A DNA stretch of 64,000 nt, from NCBI RefSeq assembly GCF_013377015.1, contig NZ_JACABA010000006.1, positions 127,985 to 191,984 of the forward strand, read 5' to 3'. The stretch is from Rhodopseudomonas sp. GTDB lineage: Bacteria > Pseudomonadota > Alphaproteobacteria > Rhizobiales > Xanthobacteraceae. This document shows, piece after piece, positions 1 through 8,499 of this stretch (its first letter is position 1; each line of letters opens with the position of its first letter). The notes beneath the pieces are model-generated. The model worked only from the letters and a program-made list of their open reading frames with translations, was not told where the DNA came from and ran no database searches. The position numbers and the translations under genes were made by a program.

Positions 1-63
1 TATCGCGATCCGGAACTGCTGAAGAAGCTCGACGCGGTCGCGGGTCGAATCCTGAAAGCGTGA
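1..63 (+). CDS. 3' end of an upstream CDS (partial; product not identifiable)
   Basis: Frame 1 reads [20 protein letters not shown] then TGA at 61-63. GC3-rich codons. Ends 7 nt before the mtnA start. Confidence 0.35.
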   Translation, partial: YRDPELLKKLDAVAGRILKA

Positions 64-70
64 GGGCGTC

Positions 71-1192
71 ATGAAGGTCGACGGCAAGCATATCCGTAGC
101 ATCTGGCTGGAGCCCGATGGCGTCACCGTCGGGGCGATCGACCAGCGCCGGCTGCCGCATGAATTCGTGGTGGCGCGGCTCGCTACTTGCGCCGACGCGG
201 CTGAGGCGATTCGCTCGATGCTGGTGCGCGGCGCGCCGCTGATCGGCGCCACCGCGGCCTATGGCATGGCGCTGGCGATGCGCGAGGACGGCTCCGACGC
301 CGCGCTCGACCGCGCCTATGCGACGCTGATCGCGACCCGGCCGACCGCGATCAATCTGAAATGGGCGCTCGACGCCATGCACGCCGTGCTGCGGCCGCTT
401 GCGCCGGCGGAGCGCGTAGCTGCGGCCTATGCGCGCGCCGGTGCCATCGCCGAGGACGATATCGCGATCAACCAGGGCATCGCCCATAACGGCCTGGCGC
501 TGATCGAGATGATCAAGGCCTGCAAGAAGCCGGGCGAGCGCGTCAACGTGCTGACCCATTGCAATGCCGGCTGGCTCGCCACCGTCGACTGGGGCACCGC
601 CACCGCGCCGATCTATCTGGCGCATGACAACGGCATCGATCTCCACGTCTGGGTCGACGAGACAAGGCCGCGCAACCAGGGCGCCTCGCTGACGGCCTGG
701 GAGCTCGGCCATCACGGCGTGCCCCATACCGTGATCCCCGACAATACCGGCGGCCATCTGATGCAGCACGGCATGGTCGATCTCTGCATCGTCGGCACCG
801 ACCGGGTCACCGCCGACGGCGACGTCTGCAACAAGATCGGCACTTACCTGAAGGCGCTGGCCGCCCGCGACAATGGCGTGCCGTTCTATGTCGCGCTGCC
901 GTCGCCGACCATCGATTTCACCATTCGCGACGGCATTCTGGAAATCCCGATCGAACAGCGCGAGGCTTCCGAGGTGACCCACATGACCGGGCGCACCGAC
1001 GATGGCCGGATCGAAACCGTCCGCGTGGTCCCGGCGGGGTCGCCGGTAGCGAATTACGGCTTCGACGTCACCCCGTCGCGGCTGGTGACCGGGCTGATCA
1101 CCGAACGCGGCGTGCTGAAGGCTGAGCGCGGCGCGCTCGCCGCCGCGTTCCCCGAGCGCGTCGTGCGTCGTCAGGACGCGCTGCGGGCGTAG
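71..1192 (+). CDS. mtnA: S-methyl-5-thioribose-1-phosphate isomerase (eIF-2B alpha/beta/delta-like)
   Basis: 373-aa ORF with MtnA-type motifs: [52 protein letters not shown]. Confidence 0.9.
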   Translation: MKVDGKHIRSIWLEPDGVTVGAIDQRRLPHEFVVARLATCADAAEAIRSMLVRGAPLIGATAAYGMALAMREDGSDAALDRAYATLIATRPTAINLKWALDAMHAVLRPLAPAERVAAAYARAGAIAEDDIAINQGIAHNGLALIEMIKACKKPGERVNVLTHCNAGWLATVDWGTATAPIYLAHDNGIDLHVWVDETRPRNQGASLTAWELGHHGVPHTVIPDNTGGHLMQHGMVDLCIVGTDRVTADGDVCNKIGTYLKALAARDNGVPFYVALPSPTIDFTIRDGILEIPIEQREASEVTHMTGRTDDGRIETVRVVPAGSPVANYGFDVTPSRLVTGLITERGVLKAERGALAAAFPERVVRRQDALRA

Positions 1193-1275
1193 CCTGCGCG
1201 ATTCGATAGTACTGCGTCGATCGCACGGCGCATGCTAGTCTTGACCGATCGGACCAGCGAGGACGTCGTGGCATC

Positions 1276-1581
1276 ATGACCGACCAGAACTCAAAGTCGC
1301 CGCCGCAACAGCCGCGCTCCGAGCCGGAGATCATTCCGCCGGGCGCGACCCACGATCCGATGGGCACGCGGATCTTCATCGACGAGAATACCAGCCAGCG
1401 AATCTATGTCGGAAAAATCGGCCCGCTGGGCGTCATGGGCATAGGGCTGACGCTCGCCGTGGTGATCGCGGTGGTGCTGGTGCTGCTGCTGGGTGCGTTC
1501 CTGCTCTGGATCCCGATCGTCGCCGTGTTGGTCGGCGTCGGCCTGGTCGCCGGCGTTCTGCGCAATCTCAAGGGCGGGTAA
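1276..1581 (+). CDS. small membrane protein (hypothetical)
   Basis: 101-aa ORF. Polar Pro/Gln-rich N-terminus, then two long hydrophobic segments (LGVMGIGLTLAVVIAVVLVLLLGAFLLWIPIVAVLVGVGLVAGVL). High GC3. Confidence 0.55.
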   Translation: MTDQNSKSPPQQPRSEPEIIPPGATHDPMGTRIFIDENTSQRIYVGKIGPLGVMGIGLTLAVVIAVVLVLLLGAFLLWIPIVAVLVGVGLVAGVLRNLKGG

Positions 1582-1670
1582 TCTCGGCTGCGCTTGCTAC
1601 GCCGCCGGTAAGGTCGGAATTTTTCCGCGACCCGTGGAACAGCCGCGCGAAACCGTCCCGGACCCGCACC

Positions 1671-1699
1671 GAAGCCGGCGGCGCGGTGCCGCCGGCTTC
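1671..1699. terminator. GC-rich hairpin between convergent genes (candidate bidirectional terminator)
   Basis: Perfect 12-bp stem GAAGCCGGCGGC / GCCGCCGGCTTC with 5-nt loop, between the stops at 1581 (+) and 1735 (-). No clear U-tract. Confidence 0.45.
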
Positions 1700-1734
1700 G
1701 CCCATGACATTGCTGATGGTCATCGGTCGGTCCC

Positions 1735-2010
1735 TTACAGCTTGCCGACGATGTCGCCATTGGTCGGATCGACGAACACCTCGACCTCGGCGCCGCTCTT
1801 GTCGAGGGTGTAGAATTCGCCGCAGGCTTTCTTCACCTTGCCCTTCTGCACCTTGAAGCCCTGGGCTTCGACCTTGGCCTGCAGCGCCTGCACCGACAGC
1901 CACTGGCTTTGCGGCGCCGAGGTGCAGGGCTTGCCCCAGCTGTCGGCGCGGGCGGCGGAGGTGGCGACGAGCAGCGCGGCTGCGGCGGTGATGAGTGCGA
2001 TCTTGCGCAT
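1735..2010 (-). CDS. secreted PepSY-like small protein
   Basis: ORF 1735..2043. Preferred start is the internal ATG at 2010, giving signal peptide MRKIALITAAAALLVATSAARA. C-terminal motif EVEVFVDPTNGDIV is typical of PepSY-type domains. Confidence 0.65.
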   Translation of the reverse strand: MRKIALITAAAALLVATSAARADSWGKPCTSAPQSQWLSVQALQAKVEAQGFKVQKGKVKKACGEFYTLDKSGAEVEVFVDPTNGDIVGKL

Positions 2011-2124
2011 GATGGGTATCTCCGTTGATGCCCGGCGCACCATGCGGCGGGCGATGTACGGACCATGCGCCCTGTGTGCTGACAGCCGCCTGTTGGCTGC
2101 CGTCAGCGAGCCGTCAGGCGGCTG

Positions 2125-2820
2125 CTACACGGCGTGACCAACCAGTGCGCCGATGGCGGCGCTTGCGGCCATCGCCAGCGCGCCCCAGAAAGTCACCCGC
2201 AGCGTCGGCTTCCAAATGCCGGCGCCGCCGACCCGGGCGCTGACGGCGCCGAGCACGGCGAGGCAGACCAGCGACCCGCCCGACACCACCGCGGAGGTCC
2301 ATCCGGCGGGCGCGAGAAACACGATCGCCAGCGGCAGCGACGCCCCGACCGAAAAGGTCGCGGCGGAAGTCAGCGCCGCCTGCACCGGCCGCGCCACCAC
2401 ATGCGCCGACAGCCCCAGCTCGTCGCGGGCATGCGCCGCAAAGGCGTCCTTGGCCGTGAGCTGCTCGGCGACCTGACGCGCCAAGGCGGGGTCGATGCCG
2501 CGTTTGATATAGATTGTTGTGAGCTCGTCGAGTTCGCTCTCGGGCGCTTCGGCGAGTTCACGGCGCTCGCGCGCGAGGTCGGCCGCTTCGGTATCGGCTT
2601 GTGAGCTGACCGAGACATATTCGCCGGCGGCCATCGACATTGCGCCGGCGACCAGCCCGGCAACACCTGCGACCAGCACCTCGCTCGACGACGTCGCGGC
2701 GGCTGCGACGCCGACCACCAGACTGGCGGTCGAGATGATGCCGTCATTCGCCCCCAGCACGGCGGCGCGTAGCCAGCCGATCCGCTCGATCAGGTGGGTC
2801 TCGCGGTGAATCGGATGCAT
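2125..2820 (-). CDS. VIT1/CCC1-family iron/manganese transporter
   Basis: 231 aa. Motifs WLRAAVLGANDGIISTASLVVGV and MAAGEYVSVSSQ, an acidic cytoplasmic helix (EAADLARERRELAEAPESELDEL), and C-terminal TM helices. Confidence 0.85.
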   Translation of the reverse strand: MHPIHRETHLIERIGWLRAAVLGANDGIISTASLVVGVAAAATSSSEVLVAGVAGLVAGAMSMAAGEYVSVSSQADTEAADLARERRELAEAPESELDELTTIYIKRGIDPALARQVAEQLTAKDAFAAHARDELGLSAHVVARPVQAALTSAATFSVGASLPLAIVFLAPAGWTSAVVSGGSLVCLAVLGAVSARVGGAGIWKPTLRVTFWGALAMAASAAIGALVGHAV

Positions 2821-2885
2821 GGCTGGCCTCTTCTCAGTTCATGACGATGGTGACATTCATCAACTCATTGACGAGTCTAGCACGT

Positions 2886-3365
2886 TTAATCGTCGTCTTC
2901 GAAAATGCCGCGCTCGGCCTGCTTGTGGCAGGCCTTGCAGTCGCCCTTGAACTTGGCGCCGTTGCGCGCCAGCGCCGCCGGGGCGACCCGATCGCGCTTC
3001 TCGTGCTGGCGCTTCCATGACGGCAGGTCGGTGATGCGGGCCGGCACAGTGTCGGACGCAAGGCCGCGCAGGATGTGACGGTCGGCGGTTTCGGCCGCGT
3101 TGGCGGTGAGGTAGTCGGTAATGCGCTTGAGCGTTGCGGCGTCGAGTTCGGCGTTGTCGCCGAAATGATTGCCGAGCGTGGCGGTCATTGCCGACCATGA
3201 TCGCGCCGGCAGCAGGCCGGCCGGATAGACCATGTGGCAGGCGCCGCATTCCTTGGCGACGACCGGATCCTTCACCGGCGGGATCACCAAGCCATCGGCC
3301 ATGGCGGGCATGGCGATCAGCGCGGCCACCGGGATTATCAGAAGAGAAAGATGTCGGAAGGTCAT
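2886..3365 (-). CDS. dihaem cytochrome c (DHC family)
   Basis: ORF 2886..3473. Start moved to the ATG at 3365 (MTFRHLSLLIIPVAALIAMPAMA signal peptide). Two haem-binding motifs, CGACH and CKACH. Confidence 0.8.
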   Translation of the reverse strand: MTFRHLSLLIIPVAALIAMPAMADGLVIPPVKDPVVAKECGACHMVYPAGLLPARSWSAMTATLGNHFGDNAELDAATLKRITDYLTANAAETADRHILRGLASDTVPARITDLPSWKRQHEKRDRVAPAALARNGAKFKGDCKACHKQAERGIFEDDD

Positions 3366-3372
3366 GTCGTCC

Positions 3373-3783
3373 TCATTGCGCCAGAAGAAACACCAGCAGG
3401 TCGGACTTTTCCGCCGCTGTGCAGTCGCGACCGAGAACGTCGCGGCAATTGCGCTTGAACCACTTCTCGACATTGGCGGCGTCGCGGAAGCGCGTCGGCG
3501 TCACCGACGGCGCCATCGGGTCGATCGGCTTGCCGGCGCGGGTCTGTCCCGGGCGCGTCAGATCGGCGGAATGGCAGGTGACGCAGGATGGGGTGTCGGG
3601 CTTGCCGCCGCTCTGCGGCGAAACGAACAGGCTGCGTCCGCGCTCCGCCGACGGCGCCGTGAAGCCAGGCTCGGTGACCGCGGCGGACAGATAGGACTCG
3701 AGCACGGCCTGCTGCTGCGGGGAGGCGGCTTCGGCTGCGGTCGCCAGCAGCAGCAAGGCGACGGCCAACAAGTTACGCATCAT
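3373..3783 (-). CDS. DUF1924-type monohaem c-type cytochrome (SHP-like)
   Basis: 136 aa with signal peptide MMRNLLAVALLLLATAAEA and a single CVTCH haem motif. Stop lies 7 nt upstream of the DHC start, the usual partner arrangement. Confidence 0.75.
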   Translation of the reverse strand: MMRNLLAVALLLLATAAEAASPQQQAVLESYLSAAVTEPGFTAPSAERGRSLFVSPQSGGKPDTPSCVTCHSADLTRPGQTRAGKPIDPMAPSVTPTRFRDAANVEKWFKRNCRDVLGRDCTAAEKSDLLVFLLAQ

Positions 3784-3861
3784 GGAGATTGTCTCGTGGG
3801 CAACGCATGTGGTGGTATAAGCGGTCGGCGGAGGGGGTATCCGCCGACCGCCGGCCAGCTG

Positions 3862-4443
3862 CTAGGCTCGGCCGGTGCGGCCGAACGGCAGCATGCGGGC
3901 CAGCGCACCGTCACGCAGCGCCCACTGGTGCAGCAGCGCCGCCATCGTGTGCAGGCCGACCAGTCCAATCATCACATTGGCCAGCACCTCGTGGACGTCG
4001 GCGAGCGAATGCCCGAGCGCGCGATCCGGCGCGATCAGCGGCGCCATGCTGAACAGGCCGAACACCTCGAAGCTGCGGCCCTTGGCGGCCATCATCAGCA
4101 CGCCGCTGATCGGGATCGCGGCCAGCAACCCATACAGCGCGACCTGCATGGTCTTGGCGGCCAGATATAGCCAGAACGGCCGCTGCAGCGGCTCAACCGC
4201 CGGCGCTGCGGTTCGCCACAGCAGCCGGAACGCGGTCAACGCCAAGACCAGCACGCCGAAAGACGCATGCAGATTGACCACCTGCGTTTTGGCGTCACCC
4301 TTCGGCATCTCTTCCATCGCCCAACCGGCGACCACCGCAATGACGACGGCGAACAAGGTGGCCCAGTGGATCGCCTGGGTCACCGCGTCATGGCGCTGTG
4401 CGGGGGAGGTGAAGAAGCTGGTGTCGGTTGGTGTGTCGGTCAT
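3862..4443 (-). CDS. cytochrome b561 family membrane protein
   Basis: 193 aa with 4 TM helices and conserved His residues (AIHWATL, NLHASFG, HEVLANV, GLHTMAALLH). First gene of the b561 / DUF1924 / DHC operon. Confidence 0.85.
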   Translation of the reverse strand: MTDTPTDTSFFTSPAQRHDAVTQAIHWATLFAVVIAVVAGWAMEEMPKGDAKTQVVNLHASFGVLVLALTAFRLLWRTAAPAVEPLQRPFWLYLAAKTMQVALYGLLAAIPISGVLMMAAKGRSFEVFGLFSMAPLIAPDRALGHSLADVHEVLANVMIGLVGLHTMAALLHQWALRDGALARMLPFGRTGRA

Positions 4444-4510
4444 GGCAGGTCACCTGTTGGAGGGTTGCCGCAGGATTCCATAACCGAGCTGACGGCGGTC
4501 TGACCGGCCC

Positions 4511-4580
4511 CGTCAGCGTTCTGTCAGTTTCGCGGCGACCGCGCGTCCGATCCGGTTGATCCATGTCAGCGAGCTGTCAG
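4511..4580. promoter_or_regulatory. two pairs of 11-bp-phased direct repeats (C/T)GTCAG-N5-TGTCAG in a divergent promoter region
   Basis: CGTCAG 4511-4516 and TGTCAG 4522-4527; TGTCAG 4564-4569 and TGTCAG 4575-4580. Located between the cyt b561 start (4443, -) and the PepSY/RR/HK start (4625, +). Confidence 0.35.
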
Positions 4581-4624
4581 GCCGGGGTGGCCATAGTGAT
4601 CGTCCAACCGAGATCGGATCCCTG

Positions 4625-4981
4625 ATGCGCTCGCTTCACCTTGCCTTCGGATTGTGGCTGGTCGCCGCGCCGCTCCATGCCGGCGGCGCCTGGGCCGATT
4701 CGCGCGAGGAACACGACTATTCCGACCGTCACGACCGTCATGTCGAACGCTCGGATCACGATGCGGTGCGCGCCGCGGTCGAACGGGGCCAGATCAAGCC
4801 GCTCGCCGAACTGCTGGCGATGGTCAAGGACAAGCTGCCCGGCGAGATCACCGGCGTCGAGATCGAGCGCCAGCACGATCGCTGGCTGTACGAATTCCGT
4901 GTCATCGACAAGGCCGGCCGGCTGCTCGAAGTCTATGTCGACGCCAACAGCGGCGACATCCAACGCACCAAGGAAAAGTGA
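4625..4981 (+). CDS. periplasmic PepSY domain protein
   Basis: ORF 4556..4981. Start at the ATG at 4625 (MRSLHLAFGLWLVAAPLHAGGAWA). PepSY-type C-terminus: VEIERQHDRWLYEFRVIDKAGRLLEVYVDANSGDI. Stop overlaps the RR start by 1 nt. Confidence 0.75.
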   Translation: MRSLHLAFGLWLVAAPLHAGGAWADSREEHDYSDRHDRHVERSDHDAVRAAVERGQIKPLAELLAMVKDKLPGEITGVEIERQHDRWLYEFRVIDKAGRLLEVYVDANSGDIQRTKEK

Positions 4982-5646
4982 TGCGGGTGCTGGTGGTCGA
5001 GGACGATCGTCGGATCGCGGCGGATCTTGAGCGCGGGCTGCGCGCGGCCGGCTATGTGGTGGAGACTGTCGGCGACGGCGAAGAGGCCTGGTTTCGCGGC
5101 GACACCGAGGACTACGCGGCGATTATTCTCGACCTCGGGCTGCCCGGCATGGACGGTCTCGCGGTGCTGAAGCGCTGGCGCGCCAATGATCGCCGCATCC
5201 CGGTGCTGATCCTGACCGCGCGCGCGAGCTGGGCCGAGCGGGTCGACGGCATCGACGCCGGTGCCGACGATTACTTGCCGAAGCCGTTCCGGATGGAGGA
5301 ACTGCTGGCGCGGCTGCGTTCGATCGTGCGGCGTTCCGCCGGACACGCCTCGTCGGTGATCAGCATCGGCGACATCACCTTCGACGAGCGCCAGATGCGG
5401 GTGACGGTGCGCGGTTCGCCGGTGGCGTTGTCGCCGCTGGAGTACCGCCTCGCCTCCTACCTGGTGCTGCACCGCGGCCGCGTCGTCTCGCAGCACGAAT
5501 TGAGCGAGAACATCTACGGCCAGGAGGACGCCCACGATTCCAACGCCGTGGAGGTGCTGGTCGGCCGGGTCCGCAAGAAGCTCGGCGGCGAGTTGATCGA
5601 GACTCGTCGCGGCTTCGGCTACATCGTGCCGGGCGCGGACGCATGA
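4981..5646 (+). CDS. OmpR-family response regulator
   Basis: MRVLVVEDD..., DLGLPGMDG, PVLILTAR and LPKPF receiver motifs. Winged-helix C-terminus (LSPLEYRLASYLV, GFGYIV). ATGA overlap with the downstream kinase. Confidence 0.9.
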   Translation: MRVLVVEDDRRIAADLERGLRAAGYVVETVGDGEEAWFRGDTEDYAAIILDLGLPGMDGLAVLKRWRANDRRIPVLILTARASWAERVDGIDAGADDYLPKPFRMEELLARLRSIVRRSAGHASSVISIGDITFDERQMRVTVRGSPVALSPLEYRLASYLVLHRGRVVSQHELSENIYGQEDAHDSNAVEVLVGRVRKKLGGELIETRRGFGYIVPGADA

Positions 5647-7025
5647 CGCGAAATTCGCTGCGGCTGCGGCTGATTGCCGGCGGCGCGGCGGCGATCTTGA
5701 TCGCGCTGAGCGTGGCGGGCGTGGCTCTCACCATCCTGTTCGAGCGTCATGTCACCCGAACCGTCGTCGACGACCTCGAGGTTCACCTCAAACAGTTACT
5801 CGGTGGCATCGATGTCGGGCCGGATGGTCGCCTTGTCGTGGCGCGACCGCCGGCCGACCCAAGGTTCGTCGATCCGTTGTCCGGGCTGTACTGGCAGGTC
5901 GGCGACGATCGCGATCAATTGCTGCGGTCGCGCTCGTTGTGGGACACCACGCTGTCGTTGCCGATCGACAAGGTCGCGCCGGGGGACGTGCATCACCACG
6001 AAGCCCTCGGGCCTGCCGGCGCACGGCTGATGATCGCGGAACGCCAGGTCACGCTGGCGATCGGCGACCGCTCGGTCCCGATCCGCGCCGCGGTGGCGGT
6101 CGATCTGGCGCGGGTGTCCGCCGCGGGCATGGCCTTTGCCAGGGATTTGGTGGTCGCGTTGGGTTTGCTGGGCCTGGTGCTGGCGCTCGCCACCTCGGTT
6201 CAGGTGACCCTTGGGCTGCGGCCGCTCGACGCGCTGCGCCACGGCATCGCCGACATCCGGTCGGGGCGAAATCGCCGGCTTCCGTCAGGGGTTCCTGCCG
6301 AGGTGCTGCCGTTGGTCGAGGAGGTCAACGCGCTGCTCGAAGCGCAGGAGCGCGAGATCGAACGCTCGCGCGGACGCGCCGCCGATCTCGCCCACGGGCT
6401 GAAGACGCCGCTGGCGGCGCTGGCCGCCGACGCCGGGCGGCTGCGCGAGCGCGGCGAGATCAAACTCGCGCGCGATATCGAGGCGGTCGGCGACGCCATG
6501 AGCCGCCACGTCGATCGCGAATTGGCACGCGCCCGGCTGCGTGGCGAGTCACGGCGCAGCGACGCGGCCGCCGTCGAACTCGCACCATTGGTGCGATCGC
6601 TGGTGACGATCCTGTCGCGCACCCCCGCCGGCCAGCGGATCGGCTTTGAGACCCGCATCGCCGAGGAGATCGCGCTGCCGCTGGACCGCACCGATCTCGC
6701 CGAGGTGCTGGGCAATCTGCTCGACAACGCCACCCGCCACGCCAAGTCGCTTGTCCGCATCAGCAGTGGGCCCGACGGTCGCTCCGTTTGCATCGAGGAT
6801 GACGGCGATGGCGTCGCCCCCGAGGCACGCGTCGCGGTGCTGGCGCGCGGCATCCGGCTCGACCAGCGCGGCGAGGGCGCCGGGCTCGGGCTTGCGATCG
6901 TGCAGGACGTGCTGGAGGCCTATGGGTGGAGCCTGAGCCTGGAAAGCTCCGGGCTCGGCGGGTTGAAGGCAGTCTGCCGCGCGGCGCCGGAGAATGCCAT
7001 GCCGGCGCCGATCGCTGGTGGCTAG
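5643..7025 (+). CDS. sensor histidine kinase (QseC/PhoQ-like topology)
   Basis: 460 aa with two TM segments, a HAMP-like linker, H-box DLAHGLKTPLAAL, N-box NLLDNATRHA and G-boxes DDGDGV and GAGLGLAIV. Confidence 0.9.
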   Translation: MTRNSLRLRLIAGGAAAILIALSVAGVALTILFERHVTRTVVDDLEVHLKQLLGGIDVGPDGRLVVARPPADPRFVDPLSGLYWQVGDDRDQLLRSRSLWDTTLSLPIDKVAPGDVHHHEALGPAGARLMIAERQVTLAIGDRSVPIRAAVAVDLARVSAAGMAFARDLVVALGLLGLVLALATSVQVTLGLRPLDALRHGIADIRSGRNRRLPSGVPAEVLPLVEEVNALLEAQEREIERSRGRAADLAHGLKTPLAALAADAGRLRERGEIKLARDIEAVGDAMSRHVDRELARARLRGESRRSDAAAVELAPLVRSLVTILSRTPAGQRIGFETRIAEEIALPLDRTDLAEVLGNLLDNATRHAKSLVRISSGPDGRSVCIEDDGDGVAPEARVAVLARGIRLDQRGEGAGLGLAIVQDVLEAYGWSLSLESSGLGGLKAVCRAAPENAMPAPIAGG

Positions 7026-7046
7026 GTCAGACGCGACGCGATCCCG

Positions 7047-8132
7047 CTATTCGGCGTGGACGATGACGCCGTACCATCCCAGCCCCTTGTAGGTCTCGTA
7101 GCCGGGGGTGGCGTGGAACGCCACCTGGGCGCCGGTGCGGTCGTTGTAGAAGCCGTTGCGTCGGCCGTTCAGCGTCAGCGGCACCCGCTCGGTGAGCAGG
7201 CCCTGGCCGTCCGACGCAGCGATCACGCGGAAATCGGAATCCACCAGCAGCACGCGGGCCTTGTCGTCGTCGACGCGAACACCCTCGACGATGGCGCGGG
7301 CCTGGGCTTGCCAGTCGAAATGGATCGCCAGCACGCCGAGCGGCTTGCCATTGGCTTTGCCGCCTTCGCGAACGCTGGCGCAATAGGTCGCGACCTGGGC
7401 GCCGCCGAGCATCGGCTGCTGTTCGACGTTGCCGGCAACGTAGTCGTCGCCGGACCGCAGTCCGCGCGCGTCACGAAACCATGTCGCGCCGGCGACGTTC
7501 GCTCCCTTGACGTCGAAGCGGTCCGGCCGACCGCTGGCCAGTACATTGCCCTTGAGATCGCACAGCCACAGATCGAGATAGACCGTGTAGGCACCCAGGA
7601 TTACGGCGAGGCGTTCGGAGACATGGGCCACGTTCGCGGCGTTCGGGATGTCGGCACAATCGACCACGGCGGAATCGGTGGCCCACCAGCGCACATCGCA
7701 AGTCCGCTCATACAGATTGCGGTCGATCAGTTCGATGGCGTTGAGCGCGAGATCGACCATCCGCTCGCCACGCGCGCGCTCAGTCATCTTCTCGATCGAG
7801 TCCATCAGGCTGCCGGTCCGTCGCGTCAGTTGCGATTCCAGGTCGCGCGCAATGGTCTCGACCTGCTGGCCGACATTGCGGACCTCCTGCGCCACCACGG
7901 CGAAGCCGGCGCCCTGCGGTCCGGCCCGCGAACTTTCGATCAGCGCGTTCAGCGCCAGCATCTTCATCTGGTTGGTGATGTTCTGAATCGATCGGGTCTT
8001 TTCGCAGGCGACCTGGTTGACCTCGGCGGTCAGTCGCGCGATCAGGCCGGAAATGTCGGAATCGTTGTCGTTGCTGTCGGCCGGCGCCGGCGCGAATGCT
8101 TGGTTGCTGATGCGTTCAATGGCTGCGACCAT
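7047..8132 (-). CDS. soluble MCP-tip fragment fused to a C-terminal Cache/PDC-like sensor domain
   Basis: 361 aa, no TM segment. Residues ~57-86 (MKMLALNALIESSRAGPQGAGFAVVAQEVR) match the conserved MCP hairpin tip. Residues ~125-361 alternate beta and alpha like a Cache/PDC fold (YLDLWLCDLKGNVLAS, GVLAIHFDW, VLLVDSDFRVIA). Confidence 0.75.
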   Translation of the reverse strand: MVAAIERISNQAFAPAPADSNDNDSDISGLIARLTAEVNQVACEKTRSIQNITNQMKMLALNALIESSRAGPQGAGFAVVAQEVRNVGQQVETIARDLESQLTRRTGSLMDSIEKMTERARGERMVDLALNAIELIDRNLYERTCDVRWWATDSAVVDCADIPNAANVAHVSERLAVILGAYTVYLDLWLCDLKGNVLASGRPDRFDVKGANVAGATWFRDARGLRSGDDYVAGNVEQQPMLGGAQVATYCASVREGGKANGKPLGVLAIHFDWQAQARAIVEGVRVDDDKARVLLVDSDFRVIAASDGQGLLTERVPLTLNGRRNGFYNDRTGAQVAFHATPGYETYKGLGWYGVIVHAE

Positions 8133-8417
8133 CGGCCTTGTCCCTCTAAAGGGCTGTTTTCGGTCTGGCCGGGCACAGCTGAGCGCGTGTGCCGGACAGC
8201 ATGAGGATGTTTCCGTTTATCGGGGCTCATGGCTAACGCCGATTTAATTTTGCCGGCTGCCACGGAAAGAAACATGTAAGAATACCTGCTGCTTTATTGT
8301 GCAATCGGCGTGCATGGTGCTTAGGTAACGCTTACGAAAACGCGATGCGGCCTGCATCGCTCTCGCCAATTGGCCAGCGGGTATAGGAAAACCGGCTTCG
8401 CCAATGCCGCGTGGAAT

Positions 8418-8445
8418 CTTGCGCTTCCGCGCGGCGTTGCCATAT
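8418..8445 (+). promoter_or_regulatory. candidate RpoH (sigma-32)-type promoter for htpG
   Basis: CTTGCG-N14-TGCCATAT compared with the consensus CTTGAA-N13-15-CCCCATNT. Ends 54 nt upstream of the htpG ATG. Confidence 0.35.
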
Positions 8446-8499
8446 CGACCGCCGCAATCCATCAATTTTGATTCTGTCCCAGCCATTGAGTGCCATTCC

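Noticed and set aside
38-52. tRNA T-arm-like string GGGTCGAATCCTG.
   Set aside because: The flanking bases cannot form the T-stem (GCGGG versus CTGAA). It lies inside a GC3-biased coding frame that ends at 63. No acceptor or anticodon arm is visible.
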